From NCBI GenBank assembly GCA_013265495.1, contig MU058423.1, positions 1,563,061 to 1,627,060 on the forward strand: a stretch of DNA of 64,000 bases, in the 5' to 3' direction. A model generated the notes under the pieces. It was given only the letters and a program-made list of their open reading frames with translations, searched no databases and was not told the origin of the DNA. Made by a program: the position numbers and the translations under genes. Position 1 is the first letter of the stretch, and each line of letters begins with the position of its first letter. This document shows positions 12,751-25,996 of the stretch, piece by piece. The stretch is from Vicugna vicugna. Its lineage: Eukaryota.

Positions 12751-15700
12751 ATGAGTAAATGATCTGAGGTCTTCTGCTCTTGAAATCATTACAACTTAAG
12801 TCCCTTGTGGTATAAATACTGAAATTCTACAATAGTTATTTTTGCAGAATAAACCATGAGCTAATTCTCTACTTGCTCCTGATATAGAGTAAATATGAAG
12901 CCATGAGTTAAAATTTACTTGAACAAATTTTGAAAGACGTGACGTATCAAAATCATTTCTCAGCCTTATTCCTCAGTCTAGTTCTCCTGAAATATAAAAT
13001 GTCAAACAAAATTTGACAAAGTAAACAAATATTAAATATCTGATTTGCTAGCATATTGATTTCAGACCTTTTGGATTTATAATTAAGTTGTGTTTTTGTG
13101 TTTGCTTATGTTAAAATGCACTGGCAATGTCTGCATGTGAACAAATAACACTGTGTAATGATGCCTATTTAATAAGTCTATAAGAAAAGGGAGAATAGTG
13201 CAGAGGAAAGAATATTTCCTAAAGAATCAGAGACATTCTAAATAACTAGTTAAGTAATTTTATGACTTTGGACAAGTCACCTGACCTGAAAAATAAGCAG
13301 ATTGGAATGTTATAAAAGCAAAATTGGGCTCTCACTCTGAGTTGGACATTATATTTGATCCTGAATAATCTCCAAGGTCCCTTTAAATATCAACATTCTA
13401 ATACTTAGCACATAGTGCTTGCATTTTAAATGATTATAGAAATGTTTCCTTGTGGCATCTTTGCTTTTACAACAAGTTTTGGCCACAGCTATGATGGATT
13501 GACGCTACTGCTTGGGTAGAAAGTCCACCATGGGAAATGAATAGAGGACTTGCCTTTATAGCCCAACACAGAGATTGATAGCCTCCTATCTGAGCGCTCA
13601 CCCACTGGCTTTAGAAATGCATTATCTTTCCTTCTCTCAAAGCCTGCTTCCAGACAGCCTTCCCAAACTGGCCACCCAACCTCCAGCTGCAATCCTCTCC
13701 TCCTCTGCCTCGGCAGCCGCCCAGAGGCCCACTCTGCACAGCTGTCTAACTTTTCTGCGTTACTTTGCTTCAGTGCTCTGCACCTGCCATGCCAGCTGGG
13801 TCCCGGAGCTTCCTGAGGGCAGGTGTCTCATCTCCAGGCTCAGGGTCATCTATACACATTGGATACTCACTTAGTAAAAGAAGTACTGTGGGCTGACTAA
13901 TTCAGGAACATAAACCAGACCACCGTAACTAAAACAACACAGCATTTCCGGAAACAGAAGCTGAGAGAAAGAGAACGGTTGTAACTTTGCAAAAAGCTCC
14001 ATCCTTCATTTCACTCTGGGGGAAAACCTAGGTTGAGGAGGAAGAAATCTGCCTCTTCACCCTCATTTCAAGCCACATTCCATCATTTCTCTCATGGGGT
14101 GTTTCAGGCATAGCTCCATCCAGGGCTGGGCCTGGGACTAGCCTGATTAGTGGTCTTGCTTCCACTTTCAGGCGCTAGGGCTCTAGAAACAAGTAGGAGA
14201 AATGTTCTACTTCCTGTGGTCCTGTAACCACAGCCTGTCATACTCTGATCTCGTTTGCTTACTCCTATTTCAAGCATGCCTGGGTGTTCACATTTCCTTG
14301 AGTTTGCATACACTGTGCCCTGTCTTGAAGGCCATTCGTTACCCCCAGTGTCCATAGAAAACTCATCCTTCTTTGAAAATGAACACAAGCGGGCACCTCC
14401 TCTCCCAGGGAATCTTTGGCACACTCCTAAACTCCTCCTACATTTTGTGTAACTCTTGCTCCATTATAGAAAAGATCCCCTGGTGTCATGCTTGTGTATT
14501 GCTATGTCTGTCCATCATGCTACTCTACAAATGTTTTGAAGCCAATAACCACATCGGCTCTCCTTGTATTTCCAGTGCTTAGCACACACCTAGTCCCTGG
14601 TATGTTTCAGGGTGGGAGTGAGGAAACTGAACAGGTCAGAGTCTGAAGACTTCCGGTGACCAGAAGTCAACCTGAGGACACAAGAAACTAAAGACTAACA
14701 GAGTTCAACATTTCCAGTTTGTGCCTCTTGTCAATTACCAAAAGCAAGGTCATTTAGGTAGTTGTAGCTGTGAAGGGCTGGGCTTTGAATCATTTTTTGC
14801 AGATCTAAAGATGCCCAATGCTTTCATTTAAAGGCTAAATACTCCTAACTGGCCCACACAGGAAACATCACAGGAAATCATGTTTCAGCTCAGCCTCTGC
14901 TCCAATACAACCGCAGTTTCAAAATGCTGCAGATACTGGTGGAGATTGAGAAAGCAAAACTTCTTTGTTTAGCCCGCAGCTAAGATTCTGCTTTTGCTCA
15001 ATTCTCTTCCAAAGCATTTGCATGCATATCTGAAATTTCTTATCTCCCAAGGGAGTGCCTTAAGGGCAAGACTGTTTGCAGGACAAATACTTCCCTTCTA
15101 CTTGCCTTTCCTCCTCCCCACCTATATCTTCCAAAGCACAGGGTCCGGCCCTAGGAAGCACTTAACATCTGATTATTAAGTAAATTCATTTAAAAAGTCT
15201 GGTCTTTGTTTTTAAATTCAAGGCTTGATAGCCCCTGAGGTGCTTTGGGAATCTAGAGCCCTTGGTTCCATTCCCATTCCTCATTGTTAGGTGGGTGTGT
15301 GTGGTTCTATGGGACTTCCCTCGCTATTCCAGGGAAGATTCTTGCAGGTCTTGGAAGGAGAAAGCTATGATCTAGAGTTCCCAGTGGTAAACTGACCCCC
15401 AGCAACAACAGTGGTCACAGAAAGCCAGGATCATAGCTTGCTATCACTTTCTGAGTCCATAAGACCTCAATCATTAGTTATGGAGCATGAATTAGAAATC
15501 TTGGAATATCAAGTTTTGTTTGTAAGTCATGCAGATTTGGTGCATGCCATATATTGATTGATATTCATGTTTTAAACACTAAGGATAAGTTTATTTGAGG
15601 GAACCCTGAGGATCACAATGATCTTCCTGCCCTTTAAAAACAACCAATCTAAGCATCCGTTAGAGGCATCTAGCTTTTTGAAATACAGGTACAGAGCATG

Positions 15701-16238
15701 TCTTGTGTTCTTGACTCTGAGCTGGGTGTAGCAGTTGTAATGCCTTCTATTTAGTGGCTCTGAGGAATCACAGTGCGAGTCACTAACTCTTGAAATTTCT
15801 CAAATGAAGAAGATCTGCATCTCCCTGCTGCCTTTTTAAATGGCTCTAGCTGTTGTTTCTCTCCTCACTTTAAAATCACAAGATGAACTTTCTAAAGACC
15901 ACAGCAGGTAGGAAGTTCCCCCAGTTTCATCTCTCACAGAAGGCTCTGGTGATCAGAAATGACCACACACAGAAACTTAAGTTCTGAAGCAATTTAAGCA
16001 CATAAATGCCCTGAGCCAAACAGATCACGGGAACCCAGGTAATTGAAAGTCCTTCTGGCCTAATTGCCTTTCGAGAATTACAAGGGCCTTGCTGATCATT
16101 TTACTTCCTGCGGTATATATTTACGAAACAGAAGTTACAAAAGATTTTAGAGTTACTAGAGGTATGCAGAGACTCCAGCCCACATAATACAGTTCAAGTC
16201 TTTGTTCTCAAACCAGATTAAAATGTCACCAATCTTAC

Positions 16239-16390
16239 CTTTGGCAGACTCTTTTCCTCAGTCCTTCAGATAGAATTTGTGACTATCCTCGAGGTAGCTT
16301 GACAAGGCTGGTAACAAGGATGTCGGGGCTATTTGTGTAAAAGGAGAAGTGAAGAGGGAATAAATGTGATGACGCCGTGATGACAGGAAG
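16239..16390 (-). other. CD53: CD53 non-coding exon 1 (5'UTR); coding exons lie beyond the left edge; TSS approximate
   Basis: Minus strand cttctccttttacacaaatagccccgacatccttgttaccagccttgtc...aaggactgaggaa closely matches the human CD53 mRNA 5'UTR as I recall it; ends at a strong donor AAG|gtaag (16238-16234). Confidence 0.85.
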
Positions 16391-16470
16391 CCCAAAAGAG
16401 GCAAGGGAGGAAGTGAGGCTGGGCCCGCCCTCTTTAGCGTCAGAGATGCAACCCCTCCCTTGTGGTTTTT
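16385..16470 (-). promoter_or_regulatory. CD53: CD53 TATA-less leukocyte promoter
   Basis: PU.1/ETS GAGGAAGT (16407-16414), GC box CCCGCCC (16424-16430), RUNX TGTGGTT (16461-16467), second ETS core CAGGAAG (~16384). Confidence 0.75.
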
Positions 16471-17687
16471 TAGAAGCTTACACCTACGACCCACCCAAAT
16501 GTCTAAACCAGGGGAAAAACTCCAAGGCCAAATTGGTTCAGGCTCGGATCTGTGAGCTTTGGTGGGTTCTGGGGTGATTTGGGCATTGCTTTTGTTTAGA
16601 AAATGACAGTGCCTCTCAATCAAGGTGGCATCTCAGAATTACCTGTGGGATGAGAATAAGTAAGCCTGGCCCCACTGTACTTATTCAGTCCCATTCACGT
16701 AGACTGAGACACGAGTGGAACCCAAGAATCAATATTTTAAGAAGTTTTCTAGGACTGAGACTTAGGAATGTCTCTTAAACAACTCCACCTTCTCCCCACT
16801 AGTCTCCAGTTTGATTTGGTCACCATTTTCAGAATCTTGTGTCTCAGAAGCTGGACTGTCCTGATGTAAGGGAATTGTCAGGGACAAACTTCAAAGCACA
16901 ATCCAAGGATCACTGGTAAATGACTTGGTTAATAGAGGGAGCCCTTGACTTAGAGTCCAAAGATATGGGTTTCCATCCCAGCTTTATTTCTGTTAGCTGT
17001 GAGATACTGAGAAAATGTCAACCTCTTGGCTTCAGTTTATTAATAGTAAGTCCAAGAATAATCCTGCTATCTTCCTTCACCCTGAGACATAAAGATTCTG
17101 GAATAAACTCTGACCAGGATTGGCTCATGGGGAAAGCTGAGTGGAAAAGTTCTTTAATGTAGAACATGTCAGTCATTAATATTCTCTTAATTAATATTCT
17201 CCAAATACGTAGATTTTCACAAACTTATTTGACCATAGAACAATATGTGTGTGTGTGTATTATTTCTAAGGGAACAGTTTTTCAGTGTAACTACGCTTTA
17301 GGAAATACTGTTATAAACTCTCCTGTCCTCGGCTGGCATCACTCTGAGAAATCACTGCCCCTCAGTCAGGGCTGCTGTCATACTGACAGTCCTCCAAAGT
17401 GGAGTAATTGAGGGGAGAACTTTTGATGGCTTTGATTACTAGCTCTCTGTACCAAAGATTCACATTTCTATGTGCAATCTGATCTCTCATTTGAGCTCCA
17501 CACAGGCACCTCTAGTACAGTGTCCAAAATTCAGCTTAGTCAATGTGGCATCCTCCCTCTCAGGTCTGCTCTTCCCAAACCCACCCCGTTACCATCTCAG
17601 GGAAAGCTGGACTAACCTCTCAGTTGCCCCAGTCAGAAAACAGTCTTCCTCTTAAGCTACTCTCTCTCCCACATCACCACATATTAT

Positions 17688-18045
17688 TGCTAAAATAATG
17701 ATTAAAGAAGATAATTTAGGTGACACAAACTTTTTTTAAACACTTCTTGAAGTGGACAGTCTCCATCTGGAGAACTACAAAGTGGGGCAGAAGGCAGGAA
17801 GCTTTTATAGAATAGAAAATAAAGAAAAAGAAAGAGGAAATAACTGATTGGCTGAGGACACATTGTTGAAATTGTTTCAGGTGAGAAAGAACAAGGAAAT
17901 AAGTATAGAGCCTAGAGTTGACTTGGCTGATGGATAAAAGCAAAGCATTTACAGAGACATGAAAATCGTAAAAATTTCAGTTTGCTGACAGGGCACCCAA
18001 GGGGCAGGAGCAGCTCCATCCTGGGCCTGAAGAGTTATTTCAACA
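17688..18045. mobile_element. Probable solo ERV LTR inserted into an L2 remnant (~17500-18400)
   Basis: TG...CA ends with similar inverted termini (tgctaaaataat / gttatttcaaca); gcttttatag and ctgattggctg read as TATA/CCAAT on the minus strand. Confidence 0.55.
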
Positions 18046-18423
18046 CTGTCAACCACCAAAGTCCTTTAAATTTTACCTTTGCTTACATATTTCTCAAATC
18101 AGATTACTTCTTGCCACTCCAGAACCATTACACTAATCCTTATCTCTCACCTGAGTTACTGGACCCCAGCCTCCTTCTCGATCAGCTTCGATGTTTTCTC
18201 CTGCAGTCCTGAGAAGGAGAGTATTCTAAAAATGCAAATTTCATTATGTCATTCTCCGGTTTAAAACTCTTCAATGGCTTCCCATAGGTTTTAAACAGTT
18301 CCTGTTAACTCCTAAGCCTCAGCTGGCCATTCCTTATCCATCCCCACCCCCATAGTCCTGCCATACTGGTTACTGAATTCCTACCAAATTCCTTTGAGTT
18401 GCTTGAACAAGTCGATCTAGATT

Positions 18424-18500
18424 CTCTCTCTCTCCTCTCTTCCTTCCTTCCTTCCTTCCTTCCTTCCTTCCTTTCTCTTTCTGTCTCTGTCTCCCTGTCT
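18424..18500. repeat. (TC)/(TTCC)n pyrimidine microsatellite
   Basis: ctctctctctcc...tccttccttccttccttcc seen directly. Confidence 0.9.
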
Positions 18501-19761
18501 CTGGAATATTTCTTCAACCTCTAGACTCAAAGATCTGTATGTAGGTTCTGTGTTGCTCTGTGTATGTTGAACAATTGGGTCTGGCACATAAGGGGTGCCC
18601 CTACAAATATCTGAATACCTCAGGTAGTGTCGGGCCTGAACATTAGGAGAACTGGAGATTTAGGGAGGGAGGAGAAAGTAAGATAAGGAGAGAGATATGT
18701 AATGTGAACATCTATGGAGAGAGAAGTGGTTATTAGAAGGGAATTTTAGAAATAGCAGGGAGAATATCACACGATGAGAGATGCTCACAGAATTGAATGA
18801 CCATTTTAATGGAGAGAACTTTTCCTTTAATTACTCTTCTCCATCATCCCACTGGAAAGAGGGATCCAAGTGCTTGACAACCAGTGGCACCTGTGGTCTG
18901 GGAGTCAGGGAAGGGTAGAGAATTGTATATCGACTTAAACCCAAACCTACAAGATTTCATTGAGAACTAATGCTCTTTATGACCATCAGATATTCACAAT
19001 CCATTTGGAGGAAAAAGGGAAAAATGAAGAATAAGACAATTTCAGGGCAGCCCATGTTATTGAATAATCCAGAAGAATGCTCAAAAACTTTGGGAAAACA
19101 AATAAATAAGCAAAGGAATTTAGCCGAAGCTCAGACTCATCATGGTTTGGTCTTTTCAGTGCATGGTATTGATCAAGCATCAGAGATGATAATGGAAGCT
19201 GGGAGTTTAGGAGACCTGCAGCTGGCCTGACAAGGAGTGGAAATACAAATTATTGTTGCTTCATTATCATGCAGTAGTATCTGCCAAAATGCCTCCTGAA
19301 TGGACAAAACCTCATGGAGAAATCATAGGGTTCCCATTTAGAACTTCTTTTTTCTTTCAGATGAGTGAGTCTGTTTTTAATGATTGGAAAATAGGCACTA
19401 TTGAAATATGAGAAGAATACAGATGGAACCCCCAAGCTGAGGGTAGACACTATGTTTTTTATTACAGCTTCAATAACCAGCAATGATACTGCTGTGCCTT
19501 TGAGGTTTAGACCAATGTGGCAGGGACTAGCAAACTTGTATCCATAGCTGCTCTTTACTAGCATCATTGTCCCAGATGCCATTTTGCCAGAAAGTTTGAC
19601 ACATTTTAACACAATGTTTGTGATATATTCTGGCTACTTTTATTTAGGCTCTAGGAATGATATGGGCTCTAGAAGTAAAAATATAATATTGTATACATGA
19701 AACTTATATAGTGTTATAAACCAATATTACCTCAATAAAAAATGATTTTTAAAAGATGTTC

Positions 19762-20118
19762 TCTTAGTCTGTTCAGGCTGCTATAACAAAAATACCATAG
19801 GTTGGGTAGCTTATAAACAACAGAAATTAATTCCTTATGTTTCTGAAGGCTGGGAAGTCCAAGATAAAGGCACCAGCAGGTTTGGTATTTGGTTAGAGCC
19901 TGCTTTCTGGCTGATAGATGGTCATTTTCTCGTGGTGTCCTCAAAAGGTATGACAGCATGATAGAGAGTTCTGGGGTCTCTTTTATAAGGGCACTAATCC
20001 CATTCATGAGTGCCCCCTCATGCCTTAATTTTTTCCCAAAGTCCTCACCTACTAGTACCATCACACTGGGGGTTAGGTTCCAACATATGAATTTGGGGAG
20101 CTCTTTCAGTTTATAGCA
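19762..20118 (-). mobile_element. MaLR LTR (MLT1A-like)
   Basis: cttagtctgttcaggctgctataacaaaaataccatag...tttataagggcactaatcccattcatgag...tttatagca. Confidence 0.8.
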
Positions 20119-23100
20119 CATACCTTGAAGAGAAGAACTGAATTATGGAATCTCACAGCTAGGAGTATGATGTAAAGGAAATAACAGAGGGCTGGAAACC
20201 AGAAGGCATTCACAGAGATAGTCTAAGGAAGTCATTTAACATCTCTGTGTCTTAGTTTTTTCCTCTGTGCTGTGGGATCATTTCTTATAGATCATTTCTT
20301 TATTTTCTATATGGAAAAGCTTTATAAAGTTTCAAATATGAAATGAACATTAGCTGTTATTCGCAGTATACTCCTTAGAAAATAGCTAGGCAATCTTCCA
20401 GATTTTTCAGATTCAGAACCTAAGACTTAAAGAGCTGAAGAGACCTTCCCCAGGTCTCTCAGCCAGGAAAGAGCTAAGCAGATTACCACGACCTCCACTA
20501 CCTCAGTGGTTGGGGGATGATCAGGCCCCAGGAGGAAGCAAAAGGAATGGACCCCTTGTGCTGAAGATTCTTGACTTCTACCTGAAAGTTGTGACTCTCT
20601 CTTAGTAAGGTTCCATCTTCTTTGAGCTCAAGTAGGTGTGGACCAGTGAGAAACGACCAAGGTCATACGACACTGTAACCCAGACTAGATGGGTTTCCTT
20701 GCCCTCTTGCCTGAGTTGAGAGAGAACAGGGTGACAGGTCTCTGTGCAAATACAGCTATTCCCTGTGATGGCAACAGTTGCTATGACCGTCTCCCCTGAC
20801 CCTCATCTAATCTTGGCTGTACCTCTGCAGCCCTCCCATCTATCAGCAAAGGTCTGCACAGCCCTAGGGCAAGAATCAGAAACTTACATCACTGTGTAGC
20901 CTCCCCTTCACTTTTCCTCAGAAGGACTCTAAGTCTGTGGATCACAAGAGGCTCCTTTTCCAGGTCAATCCAAAACAAAATCCAAGACAAAAAGCACAGA
21001 TATGTCAGGGTTTGGCCATGCTACCTGGATATGTCCAGTGTCTCACAAGGACAAGCATCCTTGATAAACCTGCGAAAGTCATTGGCAAGTGTGGCTTTGC
21101 AACTCAACCTTGTAGAAGTCAGTTACAGAGACTCAGAGGCTTAAAAGCACAGTGCAAGTAACTGTGACGTGCAGAATTATCTGCAGAAGCTCATCATTCT
21201 AGAAGCCGTAGCCTTGTCTCAATACTTTCTCCTTATTCTCCTTTCAGTCAGGGCCCACCAATTGTCCTTGACCTTATGAGACTAATCCAAACATGACTTT
21301 CATTTTTTTTGTATATTTTTCCATCAAGGAAAATAAGGGAAACTATAATGAAAGGAGAGGTCTAGAAAAAAAAATTATGTGTTTGTGTGTGTGTCTGTAC
21401 ACCTACATAGCAGCAGAAGTCTTCATTCAAATGAAGTTTCAACTGGAACAGCAATAAATAAGATAGATAAAAATAGAACTGCTCAGTGAACACAAGGGTG
21501 GGGCTCAGAGACTGCTCATCCTCCTCTCCCCTTTGGAGGCTTCTTAGACATCTTTGCCCAACTCCAAATTCAGAAAACCAGTGATCCAGGTGAGCTCAGA
21601 CCCCCTGGGTTCCTTGCCAATGTTAGGGTTTATTTTTAGTTGTGGGGCCAGGGCTGTGGCTGCTCCAGTCCTGCAGCCCTCACTAACCAGGCTTTGTGTT
21701 TCATTGCCATGTCTCAGTGGATCCAGGAAGCCCCAACATCTCCCCTTCCTCATTCGAAAGGCCTGGGAGTTGTGGCTTCCTGCAGAAGGAATAGTTGGGA
21801 AATTTTTCCCAGGTGACAGCAGTTGTGCTGCCCACAAACACCCTAAGGCTTTGTTTCCAGATTGGAGCTGTGAGCCTGTGGGAGGTGCAATGTGGGGCCT
21901 GGAGCTGGAGGGGCAGGTGAATGGCTCTGGCATGTGCTATGATACATTACACTCTCTCCTAGCCAACTATAACAAAAAGGTGATGCTACAGGCAATTTTT
22001 GTCATATACAGGGGAGTTCCTTATGTGTCCCTGGGCAAGGAGAAAAGCCACTGAGTTGGCAGGTGGTGTGGCATAGGGGATAGAGGCTTGGATTCAGAAA
22101 CAGAAGTGTTGGATTCTTACCTGTGTTGTCCAGGGAAAGTCCACTTATTTCCCTAAGGGATCATTTATTTATCTGTGCAAGAAGATAGATTGGGTAATCC
22201 ATACACTCTCTGTGGGCCTTAAATATTTTGAATATTTATTACTTTGTAATATCAAAAAATGAATTTCTACTAGCTAATAGCTTTGGCTAGGATTTGGTAC
22301 AGAAGGTGGAACCTAGAAGAAGCATTGTAAGAGATACCATTTATTGAGCATTTCCTATGGGCCAGAGCACTGTACATGTTCTCAGTTAGGGGCAGTGTGA
22401 GATAGGCATGGCATTTCCTTCTTTACAGATGAGAAAGGCTAAAATCAGTCGGTTTAGGTAACTTGCTCAAAGCACACTGCTAGAAAGTGAAAGAGTTAGA
22501 ATTAAAAACGTGCTTGCTCTCCTATCCAACTTCCTGCAGAGTTAATCTGACATTAATACTTGCTGCCGATGAGCCACCTGTGCCCGTTGAAAGCTGACAG
22601 CTTTCACTTTTACCAGGAGTACCCTAAGATGATCTCACAGTATTTTCCTTGTTTACAAGAGGAGCAGGAAGAGGACAATTCTCTCTTCAGAAGGCAAAGT
22701 CTGAGAGTGTTTTCTGATACCCAGTACAACCTCACTTGTGCTTTTCCCAGCCAGAGTTTTGAGTAACGCCCATGAGTTTGAACCTAATCTCTTTTCTTAA
22801 CTCGAAAAAAGAAGAAACTTCAAAAGAAATTTTAGACAAGAGATCATCTTATCCTTGGCACTGAGGGAGCATAATTTGTAGGAGCCAAAAAATAAGGCAA
22901 GCAACATCTGAGTGTGCAATGCTAACCTCAGCTTTTTGACTATAAAGTCAACTCAGCTCTTTAGAGTCGCATAGAGCAAAGAACACATGCCCACCACGCC
23001 CTGTGTTCTAACTACTGAGAACATGCACCAGCAGGGAGGGGAGGAAGTGCAGGCAAGAGCCTGGTAGAGTGTCTGGCAGGAAGAGGTAGAAATCAACAAG

Positions 23101-23339
23101 TATGAAGCCTTAGCTTCCAACTGAGCCTACCAACCATAGCCGCAGGGCAGATGGAGCATCACAGGTGTGTCATGAGTCCTTTGCCTAGACTCATTTCCCC
23201 AAATCTTTATTTCCACTTCCAATTCTTCAGTGCAAAGAATAAGAAAATTCTTTGCCTAGGCCAAATCTACTCCAGAAAAAGGAAATGAAGTTCCATATTC
23301 TTGATGTATAATTAGCACCTTATAATAATTATTACTATT

Positions 23340-24235
23340 ATTTTTAATTTTTTAGAGTAGTTTTAAGTTCTGAACAAATTTGAGTGGAAAGTGCAGAGAT
23401 TTCTCATATACCCCCTTCCCCTCCATATGCATAGCCTCCCTCACTATCAACATCCCACATCAGAGTGGTACATTTTTTACAATCAATGAATCTACATTGA
23501 CACATCATGATCACCCAAAGTCCATAATTTAAATTAGGGTTCACTCTTGGTGATGTACATTCTACTAGTTTTGACAAATATATATACATATGTATCCACC
23601 ATTATAATGTCGTACAGAATTGTTCCACTGTTCTAAAAATCCTCTGTGCTCTGCCTATTTAGTCCTCCCTCAAACCCTGAACTCTGACAACTGCTGATCT
23701 TTTTACTGTCTTCGAAGTTTTACCTTTTCCAGAATGTCATATAATTGGGATAAAACAGTATGTAGTCTTTCAGATTGACTTCTTTCACTTAGTAATAATG
23801 CATTTAAATTTACTCTATGTATTTTTATGACTTGTTAGCTCATTTCTTTTCAGTGCTGAATAATTTTCCATTATCTGTGTATGACAGTTTATTTTTCCAT
23901 TCTTCCGCTGAAGGACATTTTGGTTGCTTCCAAGTTTTAGCAATTATAAATAAAGCTGCTATAAACATCCATGTGTAGTTTTTTTGTGTGAACATAAGTT
24001 TTCAAGCCATTTGGGTAAATATCAAGGCATGTGATCACTGAATCAGATAGTAAGAGCAAGTTTAGTTTTGTGACAAACTTCCAAACTGTCTTCCAAAGCA
24101 TCTGTACCATTTTGCATTCCTACTAGCAATGAATGAGAGTCTCTGTTGCTCTACATCTTCGCCAGCATTTGATGTTTTCTGTATTCTGGATTTTGGCTAT
24201 TCTAATAGGTATGTAGTAGCCATCTTATTACTTTT
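23340..24235 (-). mobile_element. L1 3' fragment (L1MB-like)
   Basis: catcccacatcagagtggtacatt, ctgtaccattttgcattcctactagcaatgaatgagagt. Confidence 0.85.
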
Positions 24236-24691
24236 AATTTTGAATCACAAGTATAATTATTTTGTTTATATGTAGTTTTACATTAGTTATTTGATTAACG
24301 TTTGTCTTTGCCCTATATATTGCCTCTATTTTTGTTTATTTTGTCACTTATATGTCAAACAATGCCTTGGAAATAGTAGACTCTCAATGAATATTTAAAT
24401 GAATGAATGACCAGCCTTATCAACTAATTTTGTAGGTGAGCTTTTACACAAGGATCCAGGTTTACTGAAGATAATGGAGAAAAATCTGACCTATTTACAT
24501 CAAACCTGAGACACCAGTTCACCTGTCAGCTTCATTGTCAGAATTTAGCAGTGTCCACAGCCACAGTCAGAGGCATCTGGTCATCAATCTTTGGTGGTTA
24601 CTGGTTTAGGTAGTTGCCTTTTACATAGAATCTAAATTATTTAATCCAGTTTATCAATCTTCAGACAAATATAGCTCTTTTCCTTTTTGCA

Positions 24692-25639
24692 TTATCTAAG
24701 GAAACTTGGCTTCTTATTCAAGCATTTCTTCAGGGCTTCATGGATGTCTCTGTTTCTCAGGCTATAGATGATGGGATTGAACATGGGTGTCAGGACGGTA
24801 TAGAGCAGAGAAAACCCTTTGTGCAAGAGTTGGGAAGAGTTGGCTGAGGGCACAAGGTATGTGGCAATCAGTGTCCCATAGAATACTATGACCACGGTGA
24901 GGTGGGAAGAGCAGGTAGAGAATGCCTTTCGTCGGCCGGTGCCAGAAGGAATTCTTAGGATAGCAGCAAGAATGAAGGAATAGGAAGCTGTTATGAGGAG
25001 AAATGGGATCAGAGTCACTGCAGAAGAGGTGGCATAGGCAATGGTCTCAGTCAGTGAGGTGTCCATGCAGGAGAGATGGACTAGAGGTGTGAAGTCACAA
25101 AAGAAGTGATCAATTTCATTGGGTCCACAGAAGGTTAGTCTAGACAGTAGGACCATAGTAATTGCTGTGAGAAGGAAGCAGCAGAGCCAAGAGCCGGCAG
25201 CCAACCTAATGCAGAAGGGGCCAGTCATGAGGATGGGATAGTGCAGAGGTTGGCAGATGGCCAGGTAGCGGTCATAGGACATCACAGCAAGCAAAAGGCA
25301 CTCTGTTGCAGCCAGGGATCCAAAGAAGTAGAACTGTGCCAGGCAGCCAACCACAGAGATAGTCTTCTGTTTGGCTAGTATAATCAGCAACATCTTGGGG
25401 ACAATATTGGAGGTATACCAGATCTCCAGAAAGGACAAGTTCACCAGGAAGAAGTACATGGGGGTGTGGAGGTGATGGCTGAATAAAACTAGCAGGACAA
25501 TAAGAATGTTTCCAAAAACAACTAAAATGTAGAAAACTAAAAACATCATAAAGAGGAAAATATTTACCTCTTGGATGGAAGAGAATCCCCTAAGCACAAA
25601 TTCCACTATTGTCTGGTTTTTCCAGAGCAAGGTCACCAT
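24692..25639 (-). CDS. OR11I1: Olfactory receptor, family 11 (probable OR11I1/Or11i1 ortholog), intact 315 aa
   Basis: OR motifs LHTPMYFFLVNLS, MSYDRYLAICQPLHY, HFFCD, KAFSTCSSHL, PMFNPIIYSLRN; N-glycan NQT; Kozak gccATGG at 25639; acceptor ctcag|GGAG at 25652/25651. OR identity is certain; the subfamily rests on recalled synteny with CD53. Confidence 0.95.
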   Translation of the reverse strand: MVTLLWKNQTIVEFVLRGFSSIQEVNIFLFMMFLVFYILVVFGNILIVLLVLFSHHLHTPMYFFLVNLSFLEIWYTSNIVPKMLLIILAKQKTISVVGCLAQFYFFGSLAATECLLLAVMSYDRYLAICQPLHYPILMTGPFCIRLAAGSWLCCFLLTAITMVLLSRLTFCGPNEIDHFFCDFTPLVHLSCMDTSLTETIAYATSSAVTLIPFLLITASYSFILAAILRIPSGTGRRKAFSTCSSHLTVVIVFYGTLIATYLVPSANSSQLLHKGFSLLYTVLTPMFNPIIYSLRNRDIHEALKKCLNKKPSFLR

Positions 25640-25996
25640 GGCTTGGCCTCCCTGAGCACTCAGGGATAGAACACACAAAAGGCAGAAAGTTCTAGCTCAC
25701 ACATAGAGCACAGACTGACAGTGGATGATTTTCATTCCCACTCAGGTTTTTGGAAGGTTTTTTTTAATTTTCATGAAGGAATATCTTCTTTTTTGTTTCA
25801 AGACCTGAAATGGGAAAGACAAGAATTTGCAATAAAAACTTGTGACTACTTCAATCCTCCCTTCTTATCAGGAGCAATGTCAGGATTTGGGAAAAGCAGG
25901 AAATGGGAGAAAGGGGAAGAAAAGTACAAAAGGGAGGAAGGACCCAAAAAAAATGAAGAAGGAGAAAGAGGAGGTGGGGGAGGAAGGGAAGGAGAA

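Noticed and set aside
21544..22054. Overlapping 166-aa and 129-aa ORFs
   Set aside because: No recognisable domain or exon structure; non-ATG start on the + strand; likely chance
25640..25678. 13-codon N-terminal extension of the OR in the ORF track
   Set aside because: It starts at a non-ATG codon and crosses the splice acceptor; the real start is the ATG at 25639
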